DNA from: a virus
Direction: 5' to 3' (one strand)
Length of the DNA stretch: 64,000 nt
Virus record (IMG/VR): IMGVR_UViG_3300027852_000033
Location: 37,905-101,904 of that record
In this document: positions 49,301 to 58,200 of the stretch, in pieces
How positions within the stretch are numbered: the first letter of the stretch is position 1
Layout: each line of letters begins with the position of its first letter
Position numbers and translations under genes: made by a program
The notes under the pieces: model-generated
Databases searched by the model: none
Seen by the model: the letters and a program-made list of their open reading frames with translations, nothing else
What the model was told of the DNA's origin: nothing

Positions 49301-50230
49301 GCAGAGGAAAAGCTTACTGAAGTAGATACATGGATACAAAATGCAAAAAAACATAGAAGGAGTTCGATATTATATAAAACATTTTCTCGTGGTATGCCTG
49401 GTGCAGATCCGAATACTGTATGGGAAAATACTACCAGGGAAATAAAACCATACGTAAAGAAAATGACAAAATCATTTCGTGAATTTCATGAATTACATGG
49501 AACGACTATAATGGAAGATAGAGGATATGCGGCTATTACTAAGTTTAGCAACGATGGGGTTAGTACCCTTGATGTAATAAAAGATTTAGAGGAAAAATTA
49601 TCCAAGGGTGAATCTATCCAAACATCTAGTATGGGGGAAAAAAGAATAGCCGAATTTAGTGCATGGGTCAGAGGTGAACAAGATATACGAACTACTAATG
49701 TAGATTATACTGATCGAATGAATAATCTTGTAAATTTGCATAATCGGGAGAAAAAAGATCTTATAAAATTAAGAGCAGAAAGGATAGCTCAGGAATCAAC
49801 AGTATTTAGGGCCGGATCAGTATTCGATGCAATAACCGAAGGAACCATAAAGCATACTGCATCTGCTGCAGATGACCAATTAATAAGATCAGCAGGGAAG
49901 TTACGAATTGGTACTATTCTTGCAGGGCTATTGACAGGAGTAATTGCTGGACAAACGGTGAATCAGATTACAAAAGGTTATGCAGTTCCTGATTTAGAAA
50001 AAACTGCGGGACTTGGAGGGGAGTATTATGAAGATAGTAGTGGTATAATGGGTAGAGAAATGGAAATTATGCTTAAACCAAGGCCTGCTAAAATAGTGTC
50101 ACAATATCAAGATGGCATGGGGGTATCAGGTGCAGCAAGGCATATCCATGATATGTTTACGGTATTATCCCCTAAACCGCAGGGCCAGGGGGAATATCGT
50201 TCTAAATATAGAGGCGTGGTAGTCGGATGA
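43328..50230 (+). CDS. Putative single-chain two-barrel (beta plus beta'-like) RNA polymerase, probably virion-associated
   Basis: TTG start with AGGAG RBS. Collinear motifs: PLAPGRTKLSTTKAIVNKI (aa ~686-704), GRRQGMDDMINAHASG (~955), TGKHSAANRRL (~1257), IYINSITADSMARDFDGD (DFDGD aa 1565-1569, nt 48020-48034), ETIAQKTISSKH (1838-1849). Confidence 0.8.
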   Translation: MIFRDPRRDTVDTSVSYLKTMGVLSAIAYGGVRLSTSFTSSYRDAKRLVASAKSIREDWAQAARLFPEIEPEEIKKLLPNQRIDPIVPAGVPDIDRIIDTDEYKRLSQDNLMYSTDQVIEEEQWEKKAAKLLTDDDLIRDYSLYEPHVRQELIDKVDTLNQKMSLTGSETPWELSKKMTEVTSAKNTFLKEYSTLPSILTDNGVNIEKISSDGSGYTIKIKHAESGKFATVNLPSYKGGMIQKGVTDWLPTLSAEIVTAKEPGAYWDVGQKILVHRSFGSELLEEAQKIIGARFHMIEPGMNPAQVVANSLSNAVDSLLSRAEEAGRVSKLGGITSDRFILKEVLEAKQKPGTKSARAIKSTYAQLVEGIPVVTLSVEGELKATGREISMAGISEAAYVKSGKIATAPVIGAFPYTPLNAQSHLRPTYAKKLVSGEQLSVNMLSRILGPTSTEVLEKISKEIGREAIPGKMVNIGFWLDELYGVGEGSVAMVVDTRIKLGENIDPTAKFSTKQIENILSEHGLNQSQIDQVFDSTTLKTNNVYKGGITINDIKDKVKDNKSIKKEIRDMITLGRKRGSTILDTFSSVNMSIIDVKEFTKDEAGKAFIHPITKDLILNKLGGEFGKEGAISKSLLKGNEAPVVIKKGQPLGIDPVSNEMKFADKNLKLIRMEVDNGLIRFIGAEDIPLAPGRTKLSTTKAIVNKITTREELGQLMLSEGVFDKEAAKLYAKGQIPGAANIIMSANQMKKLHGGGIDLGIMNKMLGDIAKMKSIEIETWIKQGRISESVRGAHIDTLKKGLREVMVYMMDRDGVDTVLDKLEIDAGGELSIKLKNGISTAHDKFKKLSIMESLILKSQTGNQAAIQELHRVSENLQKMVKSTTGVDYTMSVGLKQYNKLLQSPGDTIKNMPVLVFGDNGTNLKGVFTRTFEATHLVSIDNFTKFSGEDRGLNGFSRGRRQGMDDMINAHASGLKHLEHYYSAQLDYKFPYILDKYEAASDWLSDKQFSTGKGADTYKYNNGQWVSITTGREAIGVGATGKKKMAVLSLNDIRGIKNFGNEDFVTRLVTEYENTSNISAASRFRIVMDNMKDMAMFTDDADIADLIKNNNLSIEQLTSHGMLGGRGNSALIESEVMEELMKVFNSVPDDAVLYMKLPMEVDINGKKTRYVPMHKFDKSDIFELAEHRTGPDLATIDREVIGSFFTGSDFVTNQVNYVRQIAKIEEELRLHAGNDTVKKEAMAQLRVATADKSAAIRASFTGKHSAANRRLIENSIPFTMQGKVISAEGIPFGVSAVSADDAVKFFTGGVVDSMDMATKLTNEIDTVNILQDSLKKVANVFDHATSGEALDNSLTELLEGLAGIKSKVYTKDIGNLTDTIVQYWNASRQQSILSKEKVLTIPGSIVKRFPTISDSAGSKTTKITPNILTNIKDKLGTYVTKHTTNIQERIDERAKVMATGKMATDVLKDLGMEWSEDNMYMKYPGLNSTKYFPGSRVVRPNQFVSTNILGYPLLSSAATKDLQLSVINEKGVSQKLMEELPATAVKDIHKMHNAPIYINSITADSMARDFDGDLVFMENRALDYLEDKRSQIDNTISLSKSLNMTSEDFKNLSHESMINGIQERLAIVGPDNELLPANRQSIKMMYSISEGGYQNRIVTRSVTDEIDRILQEYNISGTEATQVRKKIYNNIRTSTTGFLNVDHANIQDLINIDMAVVSRISTPDETERAREIAKEKHKAKSLLTEAGSEQEMLKLYPDTEYNILVDKLTPEKRIIHQAMIDDLKSQLPQLRKEMQLTQVSSFINIKEGTPPSYKLRAAIRHISANFTNNEREKAFLDLLASETIAQKTISSKHGTPDVLDDLLDTFRKLSNKNISLDDNIFEKVSRYNFSVNLAPEISEEMEEWGMKQPGVKVDYDTYEDYLSKKKEYLTKLTDVNHNADLEMVAAITEGKSDIRTLKNTRVKHIDGKMQNYKMVNRGGESKKIALKYWGYGSALAEEKLTEVDTWIQNAKKHRRSSILYKTFSRGMPGADPNTVWENTTREIKPYVKKMTKSFREFHELHGTTIMEDRGYAAITKFSNDGVSTLDVIKDLEEKLSKGESIQTSSMGEKRIAEFSAWVRGEQDIRTTNVDYTDRMNNLVNLHNREKKDLIKLRAERIAQESTVFRAGSVFDAITEGTIKHTASAADDQLIRSAGKLRIGTILAGLLTGVIAGQTVNQITKGYAVPDLEKTAGLGGEYYEDSSGIMGREMEIMLKPRPAKIVSQYQDGMGVSGAARHIHDMFTVLSPKPQGQGEYRSKYRGVVVG

Positions 50231-50367
50231 GAATAACAATAACTGTTGATATGGTAAATCAAGATACTGTAAATAAAATAATTCAAGCTATACGAGAAAT
50301 AACAGATCAGGAAGTTAATACCCGGATAGTTGATAGTCCGACTCTTCCTTTTTCTACAGAAATGTGA
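50227..50367 (+). CDS. Small 46-aa protein coupled to the RNAP-like gene (absent from the ORF track)
   Basis: ATGA overlap with the stop at 50228-50230; MRITITVDMVNQDTVNKIIQAIREITDQEVNTRIVDSPTLPFSTEM; fills the gap to the next RBS. Confidence 0.55.
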   Translation: MRITITVDMVNQDTVNKIIQAIREITDQEVNTRIVDSPTLPFSTEM

Positions 50368-50374
50368 GGTTTTA

Positions 50375-52282
50375 TTGTCAATTGCTAACGAACATAGAGA
50401 ATACATACAAAGGATGGCAAATCCTAATTCAGAAGAAGCACTAATCCAAGTAGGTAATATATGGTATGGCGCCGATGGATATACGACACTATCTGGACTA
50501 TATTATTTTACCAACAAAAATATAGTGCCAATACCAGGACTCAGAGTAGAATCGGCTATATCTATGTCTAATTCTTATTCACCTATAGATAGTATCCAAA
50601 TTGAGTTAGTTGTAAATTATTTACGGTTTAAATCACACATACAAAAACTATTTGCACTTGCACAATGTTGTGTAATTATTCCAATAATGAACCCCCTAGT
50701 TGCGGCATTGCTCCAACCAATGCAACAGAATAAAAAAATATATATTGCCTATGGGATTGATCAAACCGCGTTAGATTGGAGCAGTAAATATGATAGTCCT
50801 GCTTCTGTCCTATTAGCATATGCATCTACTCCAATTATGGTAAAGATAGATAGTATTCATTTAGAATCTATAGCAAATCATCCTAGGGAACTAAGAGTAG
50901 TGATGAAAGTAACTAAGGTACTAACAACTACTACTTATGGTGATAAAACCTTATATATAAAAACAATAGATGGCGCTATAGAACAGTCAAAAATAATGGA
51001 CAAAATATCCAGTCAAAAATCAGATACCCCCCAGGTTGATGCTATGGCTAGAATGTTTGGAGTAAGTGTACCTAAAATAAGAGAAATGATGAAAAATATG
51101 AGCGGCGAACGATATACTCCTACTGTTTCTTCCAAGGATATATATATGAAGAAATTAAAGAAAGTACTTGCCGGTGATATATTTGAATATATAGCCGAGG
51201 GTCAATCTACAGTAGGTAGAGGAAGTATATTTGGTATAGATGCACCTATAAATAAAGAACATATAAATGAATACAAATTGTCGAAAAAATATAAGGAACA
51301 AATACCAGGAGGAGATAAATCCAAACTGGCTCTTGAGGCGTGGATAAAATCTGCGCTCAAAGATAAACATAGAATAAAAATGATAGATGAGGGACATGAA
51401 AATTATAAACTAACTAGTCCGAAGGGTAAAATATCTAAACGATACCAACTATTAATAGAATCCAAAGATGGGATAGTTATAGATATTGGAGAACAACTAA
51501 TAAAATCAGGATATGCTTATCCTACCAAAGAACTTATAGAACATACCAGTCATCCTCTTCATAACACATATATGGAGGCTTGGTCAGGTGAATCTACATC
51601 AAAAGATACTATAGAAATGCGTAAGGATATTTTACCAGGGTATTCCCCAGCTATGTCAAGTTATACCAAAATATACACTCTTCAAAATATCAAAGTTGAT
51701 AATCCTGAATATACTCCATATATGCAATCTAATAATATATATCAACTCATTACTCCAACTGAATATAGAAGAATTATTAAGAAATCATTTGTTGGAATAA
51801 CAACTATAGAATCTGAACCCCGTAAGGACGTTACTCTTGTTAGCATAACTGATGGGGATACTTTAATTGTAGATTACAATGGAGAAATATTGACTGCAAG
51901 ATTGTTAGGGATAGATACTCCAGAAACAGTAGATGGAAAAAAAGGAAGGAAGGACGCGGCAAATATTGGAGTTAGTATCGAAACGATAATTATGTGGGGA
52001 AATATGGCAACTGATTTTGTTAAAAGTCAAATTAGTCCAGGGGATTCATTAATTCTTAGATTCGGGCAAAAAGCAAAACGTGACACATATAACCGATTAT
52101 TATCATTTGTATATTTACCGGATGAAAGAATGCTAAATAGAATGATAATCCAGGAAGGGTACGCTGCTCCCCTTCCAGCCGATGTAACTCCCAAATACAA
52201 CAAAGAGTTTAATGATTTATATAAAGAGGCAGCAAAAGATAACAAGGGAATTTGGGAATACTGGGTTAATTTTCGCCCATAG
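50375..52282 (+). CDS. Virion protein with two thermonuclease (SNase) domains
   Basis: Probable TTG start 50375 after GAGGT. Intact C-terminal SNase (ITDGDTL, RLLGIDTPE, DTYNRLLSFVY, QEGYA, KGIW) preceded by a degenerate copy (LAGDIF, SIFGIDAP, LIKSGYA). Confidence 0.85.
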   Translation: MSIANEHREYIQRMANPNSEEALIQVGNIWYGADGYTTLSGLYYFTNKNIVPIPGLRVESAISMSNSYSPIDSIQIELVVNYLRFKSHIQKLFALAQCCVIIPIMNPLVAALLQPMQQNKKIYIAYGIDQTALDWSSKYDSPASVLLAYASTPIMVKIDSIHLESIANHPRELRVVMKVTKVLTTTTYGDKTLYIKTIDGAIEQSKIMDKISSQKSDTPQVDAMARMFGVSVPKIREMMKNMSGERYTPTVSSKDIYMKKLKKVLAGDIFEYIAEGQSTVGRGSIFGIDAPINKEHINEYKLSKKYKEQIPGGDKSKLALEAWIKSALKDKHRIKMIDEGHENYKLTSPKGKISKRYQLLIESKDGIVIDIGEQLIKSGYAYPTKELIEHTSHPLHNTYMEAWSGESTSKDTIEMRKDILPGYSPAMSSYTKIYTLQNIKVDNPEYTPYMQSNNIYQLITPTEYRRIIKKSFVGITTIESEPRKDVTLVSITDGDTLIVDYNGEILTARLLGIDTPETVDGKKGRKDAANIGVSIETIIMWGNMATDFVKSQISPGDSLILRFGQKAKRDTYNRLLSFVYLPDERMLNRMIIQEGYAAPLPADVTPKYNKEFNDLYKEAAKDNKGIWEYWVNFRP

Positions 52283-52297
52283 TAAACGGAGAGCATT

Positions 52298-55200
52298 TTG
52301 GCTACAATCAAAAACAAAGATAGAAATAACGCTAAATTATTGATAGATGATTTTTTGTCAGATACTACTGATCCAAAAATAGATAGTGGTGGCATTGAAC
52401 TAACTGATAATATATGTGAGTGTGAACCTTTATCAAATATGATAGATAGTATAATTGATAACACTGCAGATAATAAACTATCAGCAAGTTTCCCTTTTGA
52501 AAGATATACGAAATTTGATCACAACAAACTCGATCATGATTTTCAAATATCAGTAAGGTACAAAGATCGAAAATCTGTAGGGGAATCTATAAAAAAATAT
52601 AGCCCTGTATTTTCAGTGGCTAACTATTTACATAGCCCACATAAACTTATATTATCTGCTATTCTTAACGATGTGTTAAATGAAGATACTATATTTGGAC
52701 GAACATATCGCTCTATCCCCCCAAAAGTTAGCGATGTATTACAATGGCTACATACCGAAACTCTCAAGATTATTCCTATATTAAGAGAACTACATACTGA
52801 TAAGATTATCAAAATGATAGATGGTAAATCTGATAATAATAGTTTATATAATTTGTTACAAAAAGTACAAGCAAGTGAAAAAAATAACCCCGATAGTATA
52901 AGAGTAGATGTAAAACTCGACACTACCAAGTTATTCGTAAATCCAGGCATAGGGTCTGCTGGAGTGCGGCAAAATATTATAGATGAATTATTAAAATATC
53001 TTAACCCGCCTGTTAAATATGTATGGGGAGAACCACCAGAAGGAAACCCAGGTAAAGGAATAAAAGACGGATGTGATTGCTCGGGGCTATCTTATTATTT
53101 ATATCATAAGTATGCACGTATGGAGATTCCAAGAACTGCAAGGGATCAACATAGCAGTAGTACAAAAATAACCCAACAAAGTACTTTACCTGGGGATATT
53201 ATATTTTTAGATACTACAGGAATATCTGATAATAATACTATACCCAAAACCCTTAAAGTAACCCATTTGGGTATAGTAACATCAGCGGGTTGTAAATCAT
53301 TTATTCATGCTGCCGGTCGCCCAGTATATAATAATAATATAGTATCCGGAAATACCGGACAGTTGAAATATGATACCCAAGTATCATGGTGGAAAGGTAG
53401 AATAGTAGGGTATGGTCGGTTTCTAAGTGAGGAATCCTCTTTACCTGTATCTACTGTTACTCCTATTGATAGCGCAGGTTTTCCAGATAATTTAGATGAA
53501 TCTAGTATTAGTACAATGAATTTTAGTATATCCGGAAATACAAGTACAGGTAAATCATTAGAAACCGATATAAAACAATTATTAAGTAAATTAGATACAG
53601 AAATTAAACAAGTATCTGTAGATATATATAGACGGGCATTAACAAAAGTATATAAAAGCTTTGTAAACGATTTAACTGCAAAGGTAGAATATATCAGTGT
53701 TAATTACGCCCCAGGTACAAGTGCATATATACCCATAGCTGGGGAATTTGCTCCGGTAGTACAATCAACTGGTGGCAAAATTATTCAGGCATCAATCAGA
53801 CTTAAAGAGGTTAAAGCAGTAGATGTTGCTAGATTATCTACAATGTTTAATATATCTAGTAGTGATGATACTATAATATCTATGTTAATGACCGCCAGGA
53901 GTATTTTCAAGGGAGGTGGAGATACAACTAATCGCATAAAGTATCTTATGTTATACGCTGAAGAGAAAAAGATGGAGGAAATAATTAATGAACTCCAGGG
54001 AGTTTCACATCTTGCCAGATTTGATGAACCAGTTAGAATAACTAATGATATATTGAATTCACTAGGATTAGAAACTTTCACCCCTGTATCTATGGAATTA
54101 AAAACCAATGAGACAATAGCTGGAGCATATGATATTTCTATTGTATTTAATTATATAAACCTTGGACAGAGAGTAACCGAATCGTTAAAGAAATTAAAGG
54201 GCGGGATTCAAGCGCCCATCATTCCTATAGCTTGTAGGCTTAGTAAATCCCCTATAGATATTAATGAGCTAGGCGATAGTTCAATTGATGATACAAAATT
54301 TTCATTCCTTCATTCAATAAGCACCGCTAGTATACATCATGGTTTATCAGAGTTATTACCATTATATGTAATTACCAGAATAAACGATATGATATGCAAT
54401 ATATTAGCTATAATAGAGGACAAAAAAATAAGAGGCGAGCCACTCACTATAAATTCTACTGACCTTGAAGAATCACTTATGTTGTGGTCTAGGAAAAGTA
54501 AGGCGAAGGAATGGATAAGAAAGAATGAAAAACTACGACAACAAGAATATGATAATGGAAATGTGGGGAAAGAATATCCTTATGGTACTAAAGTAACTGA
54601 TACCGCATCTATCGGGGCCAGTAAATGGGCGAAACATGGATCAGAGGCTTTACTCGGAGCGCCGGCTATAGGAGTTGCGCTATCTACAATGAAATTAACT
54701 AAAAAACTATCTGGGGGTTCCGCATCCTTTTCAAAATGGTCAAAGCTTTTTTATGCATGTACTCAAGTAGGTTCAGTAATATTTTCTACTATTCTTGGAA
54801 CCTCGTCTAATATAGATAATCCATTTGCAACAAATTCTAAAGGTACACAACCAAAGATGTTATTTTTTAATATATTAACATATATTCCATATATGATAAC
54901 TGATATTATGAGAGAATACGCATATGCCATATGTGAAAATAGAACAGATAGTTTCATTTCAGGTATAGCACAAGATGCTCTTGATTTTTTCACAAAAACT
55001 AAAGTACTAACCGAAGGGAATGAAGAATTACCGGCAAGAATGTATAAATTTCCAGAGGATATAACTATAATAGATTATGATAATAAAGAATATAGTCTTG
55101 GTGGAATTGTAGTTTCCATGTATAGTTCAGGAGTTAACGCTAAAATTAAAACTGATATTTCTATTCCATTTACAAATCGTACTTTGCTTACAACAGAGGA

Positions 55201-58200
55201 AGGTATAGGATTAACAGATCTTAGTATAAAGCTCGCTAACAAATTAAAAAAAACCACTGCTGACAATATAAAAACAGGGAAATTTGCTAATGCTACTAAT
55301 CCTGTTAATTACGCATCTGATACTCTTATGTTACATACTATCATGAGTATATTAAATTCAAACAAAATAAATGAGGTTTTTGGGACTAAAGATGGTGGAA
55401 TTGGCAATTTAGAGACACTATGTGGCCATCTCTTAAGCTCTGATTCAGCCAGACTACACGCAAAACAATTAGTTCAAAGTTTATTTACTTCTTCATTTAT
55501 GGATATTCTTGCCTCTTTGTCTTTAACCGAAACTAATACTTCTGTAATAACCGATATTATGGATAGCCAAATTTCTAAATTTCGGCTATATAGTGAATCC
55601 ACTGCAACTGAACCAATCATGTTAGTGTTTAAAGATAGAGTTGAAACAGATATTGGAACACTAATTAACATATCTGATACTATACTACCTGATAATAAAA
55701 TAAAATTAGAAATATCTGTATCGGATATAATTGATACCGATGAAGAGATAAAAAACAGAGTAAAAGATATATGGAATGAATTGTCAGAAAATGACTATGT
55801 ACAGCATAACCCTTTGTTAGTAACTATAATAGATATAACAGAATATACTATTGCAATGGTTAAAATGAATAAACCTATCCCTGATAGTTTAATTGGGGCA
55901 ACTCATATTATTTCAATTATAGGTACTTTACAACTATCTTCAACTGATATTAATATAGCCATGACTGAAGTATTAACTTCCCATATAGAAGCATTTAAAC
56001 AAGATATACTATTAGGCAAAGAAGATATAAAGAGCGGAGCAATTTCCCAGGAATTATTGTGCGGTATGTTTGTTGATGATACATTAACTGGAAATATAAG
56101 TAAAGCATATGGTCAAGCTTTATTGTCTTTACTTATACCTGTAGAAAATGAAATATTATCAGAACCTATTGTAGGTGAGACAGAGCAAGCATTACGATCA
56201 ATAGCCAAAAGTTTGCTAGGTAACGTGCCTATGTTTCAAGGAATGATAGATGTAGATACCCATATGGCTGCAGAAAAAACAAGAAATGAGACGGTAACTG
56301 CTGGGCATATAGCCAGATTAATTGAGCCCTCTACTATAACCTTATTTTCTCTTACCATCGAAAATATAATAAAACTCACTGTTTCGGTAATCGTTGATTT
56401 TTCTTTACTTATACTGGCCGAAATATTATTAGCATTAGCAACACAGGGAGTAAGTATACTTAAGTGGATAGTAAACGCGGCATGGTCATTATATGAAATA
56501 GGCGCGGCAGCTATAGCATATTTTGCAGAAAAAGGACCTGACATAGTTTTAACTCATGGAAGTATATTTATATTATCTCATTGGTTATCCGGAAGATTAC
56601 ATGATGGATTGGATAGTAGTACAATAGTAGAAATATGTTATAAAACAGGAATATGGTTACCCTCTGCTTTACAATATGATAAAGACGTAAGAGATCATCA
56701 ACAAACTTCATATTTGGATTACCCTGTTGTATCCTATAATTCCAAAGATGGAATGAAACCACTTGCCCCTGATTTTTATGTATATAAGATAGGATTTATA
56801 AATGAATCATACAAAGAAATGAGGAGGCTTATCGATACTTTAAATGGGGTGGCTGAAGATACATTTAATGATAATGAATCCGCAGATTTTGAAAAATATA
56901 CTAATACTATAAAAGATAGAACAAATGGAATGTTCGATGGTATTCGTACTACCACCGAAGAAAGAATAGCTACCCCTCTTTTCCCAGAGAAAGTATATCA
57001 TGCTAAAATAATAAAGAATGTTCCAGCTAATAGATTATTTAAAACCGGACCAAATAATGACTATGACTATCTGAAATATGCTAAAATAGCTCAATATATT
57101 GATGATATTTATTTTGACACTGTAGGAGAACAACCATATAATATAGTATATATTTCTATAAACAGTGAAGATGGAGCCAAATATAGTCATAATTCCAAAA
57201 GGAAAGCCATGATAGTACTTGATTTAGAATTTTCTAAATTGAGTGAATATACAGATGTAATAGATCCAGTAGTTAAAATATATAACGGAGATATGTTTGA
57301 TGTAATTACTAAATCGGACCAATATGCAGAGTTTACTGATGGTAATTTTGCAACCCGTATCCGGACTTCATTCGATACAGTAATGCGTTCCAAGGTATCA
57401 ATGAGTAAAATAGAATTAATTAAATTTAAAGATACTTTAACTGAGATAATAACCGCAATTTTTGATTATAGTACAAACACTAAGCATTTTGATAAAGGAG
57501 TATTAGAACAAATTAATGAAAATATGCCAAAAACTTTGGGTAATTTAATGATGGCAAAATCTCTGGTAGGTTCAAATATTAAAGCTATAGGAAAACCAGG
57601 GATGAATTTATTCAAAAAAGAACTATCATCAATTGGTATAAACACTTTACTACGGAGTTCAGCATTCAGGTCTGGTTATTTTTATCCAACCATAAAGTTA
57701 TTCTTTATAGAAGAAGATGCCGAAGCATGGTATCTTTTTGACGATCTTTATTCTTATGCATCTGTAGTATCTGCTATAGTACATATGGATAAAGATAGTC
57801 CTATACAAACAGCTATAATAAAAGTTACAAATTTACATAATCATCTTAACAATATGATGGCAGATAGAGTAAATATGGAAATGAATTTTGTATCCGCGCC
57901 GGATGAAAATTCTGGTATAAATGCTCTTATGTTACAAGTAGGATGTAAAATAAAGATACAAGCGGGAAATACCCCTATCTTATCAGAAAGTGATACTATA
58001 TTTACTGGTAGAATAAATCGGCTGGATTTTAATCAAATAACTACTATTGAAGCTACAAGCGGAGGTGATGTTTTAACAGAAGCAGTTTCAAAAAATAGCT
58101 ATGAAACTTTTGGCGATGTATCAAAATTATCTAGAGGACTAATAAATCCTGCAAAAATAGCAAGTGGAATAAAATCTATGGCCGGCGCAGCGGCTGATTT

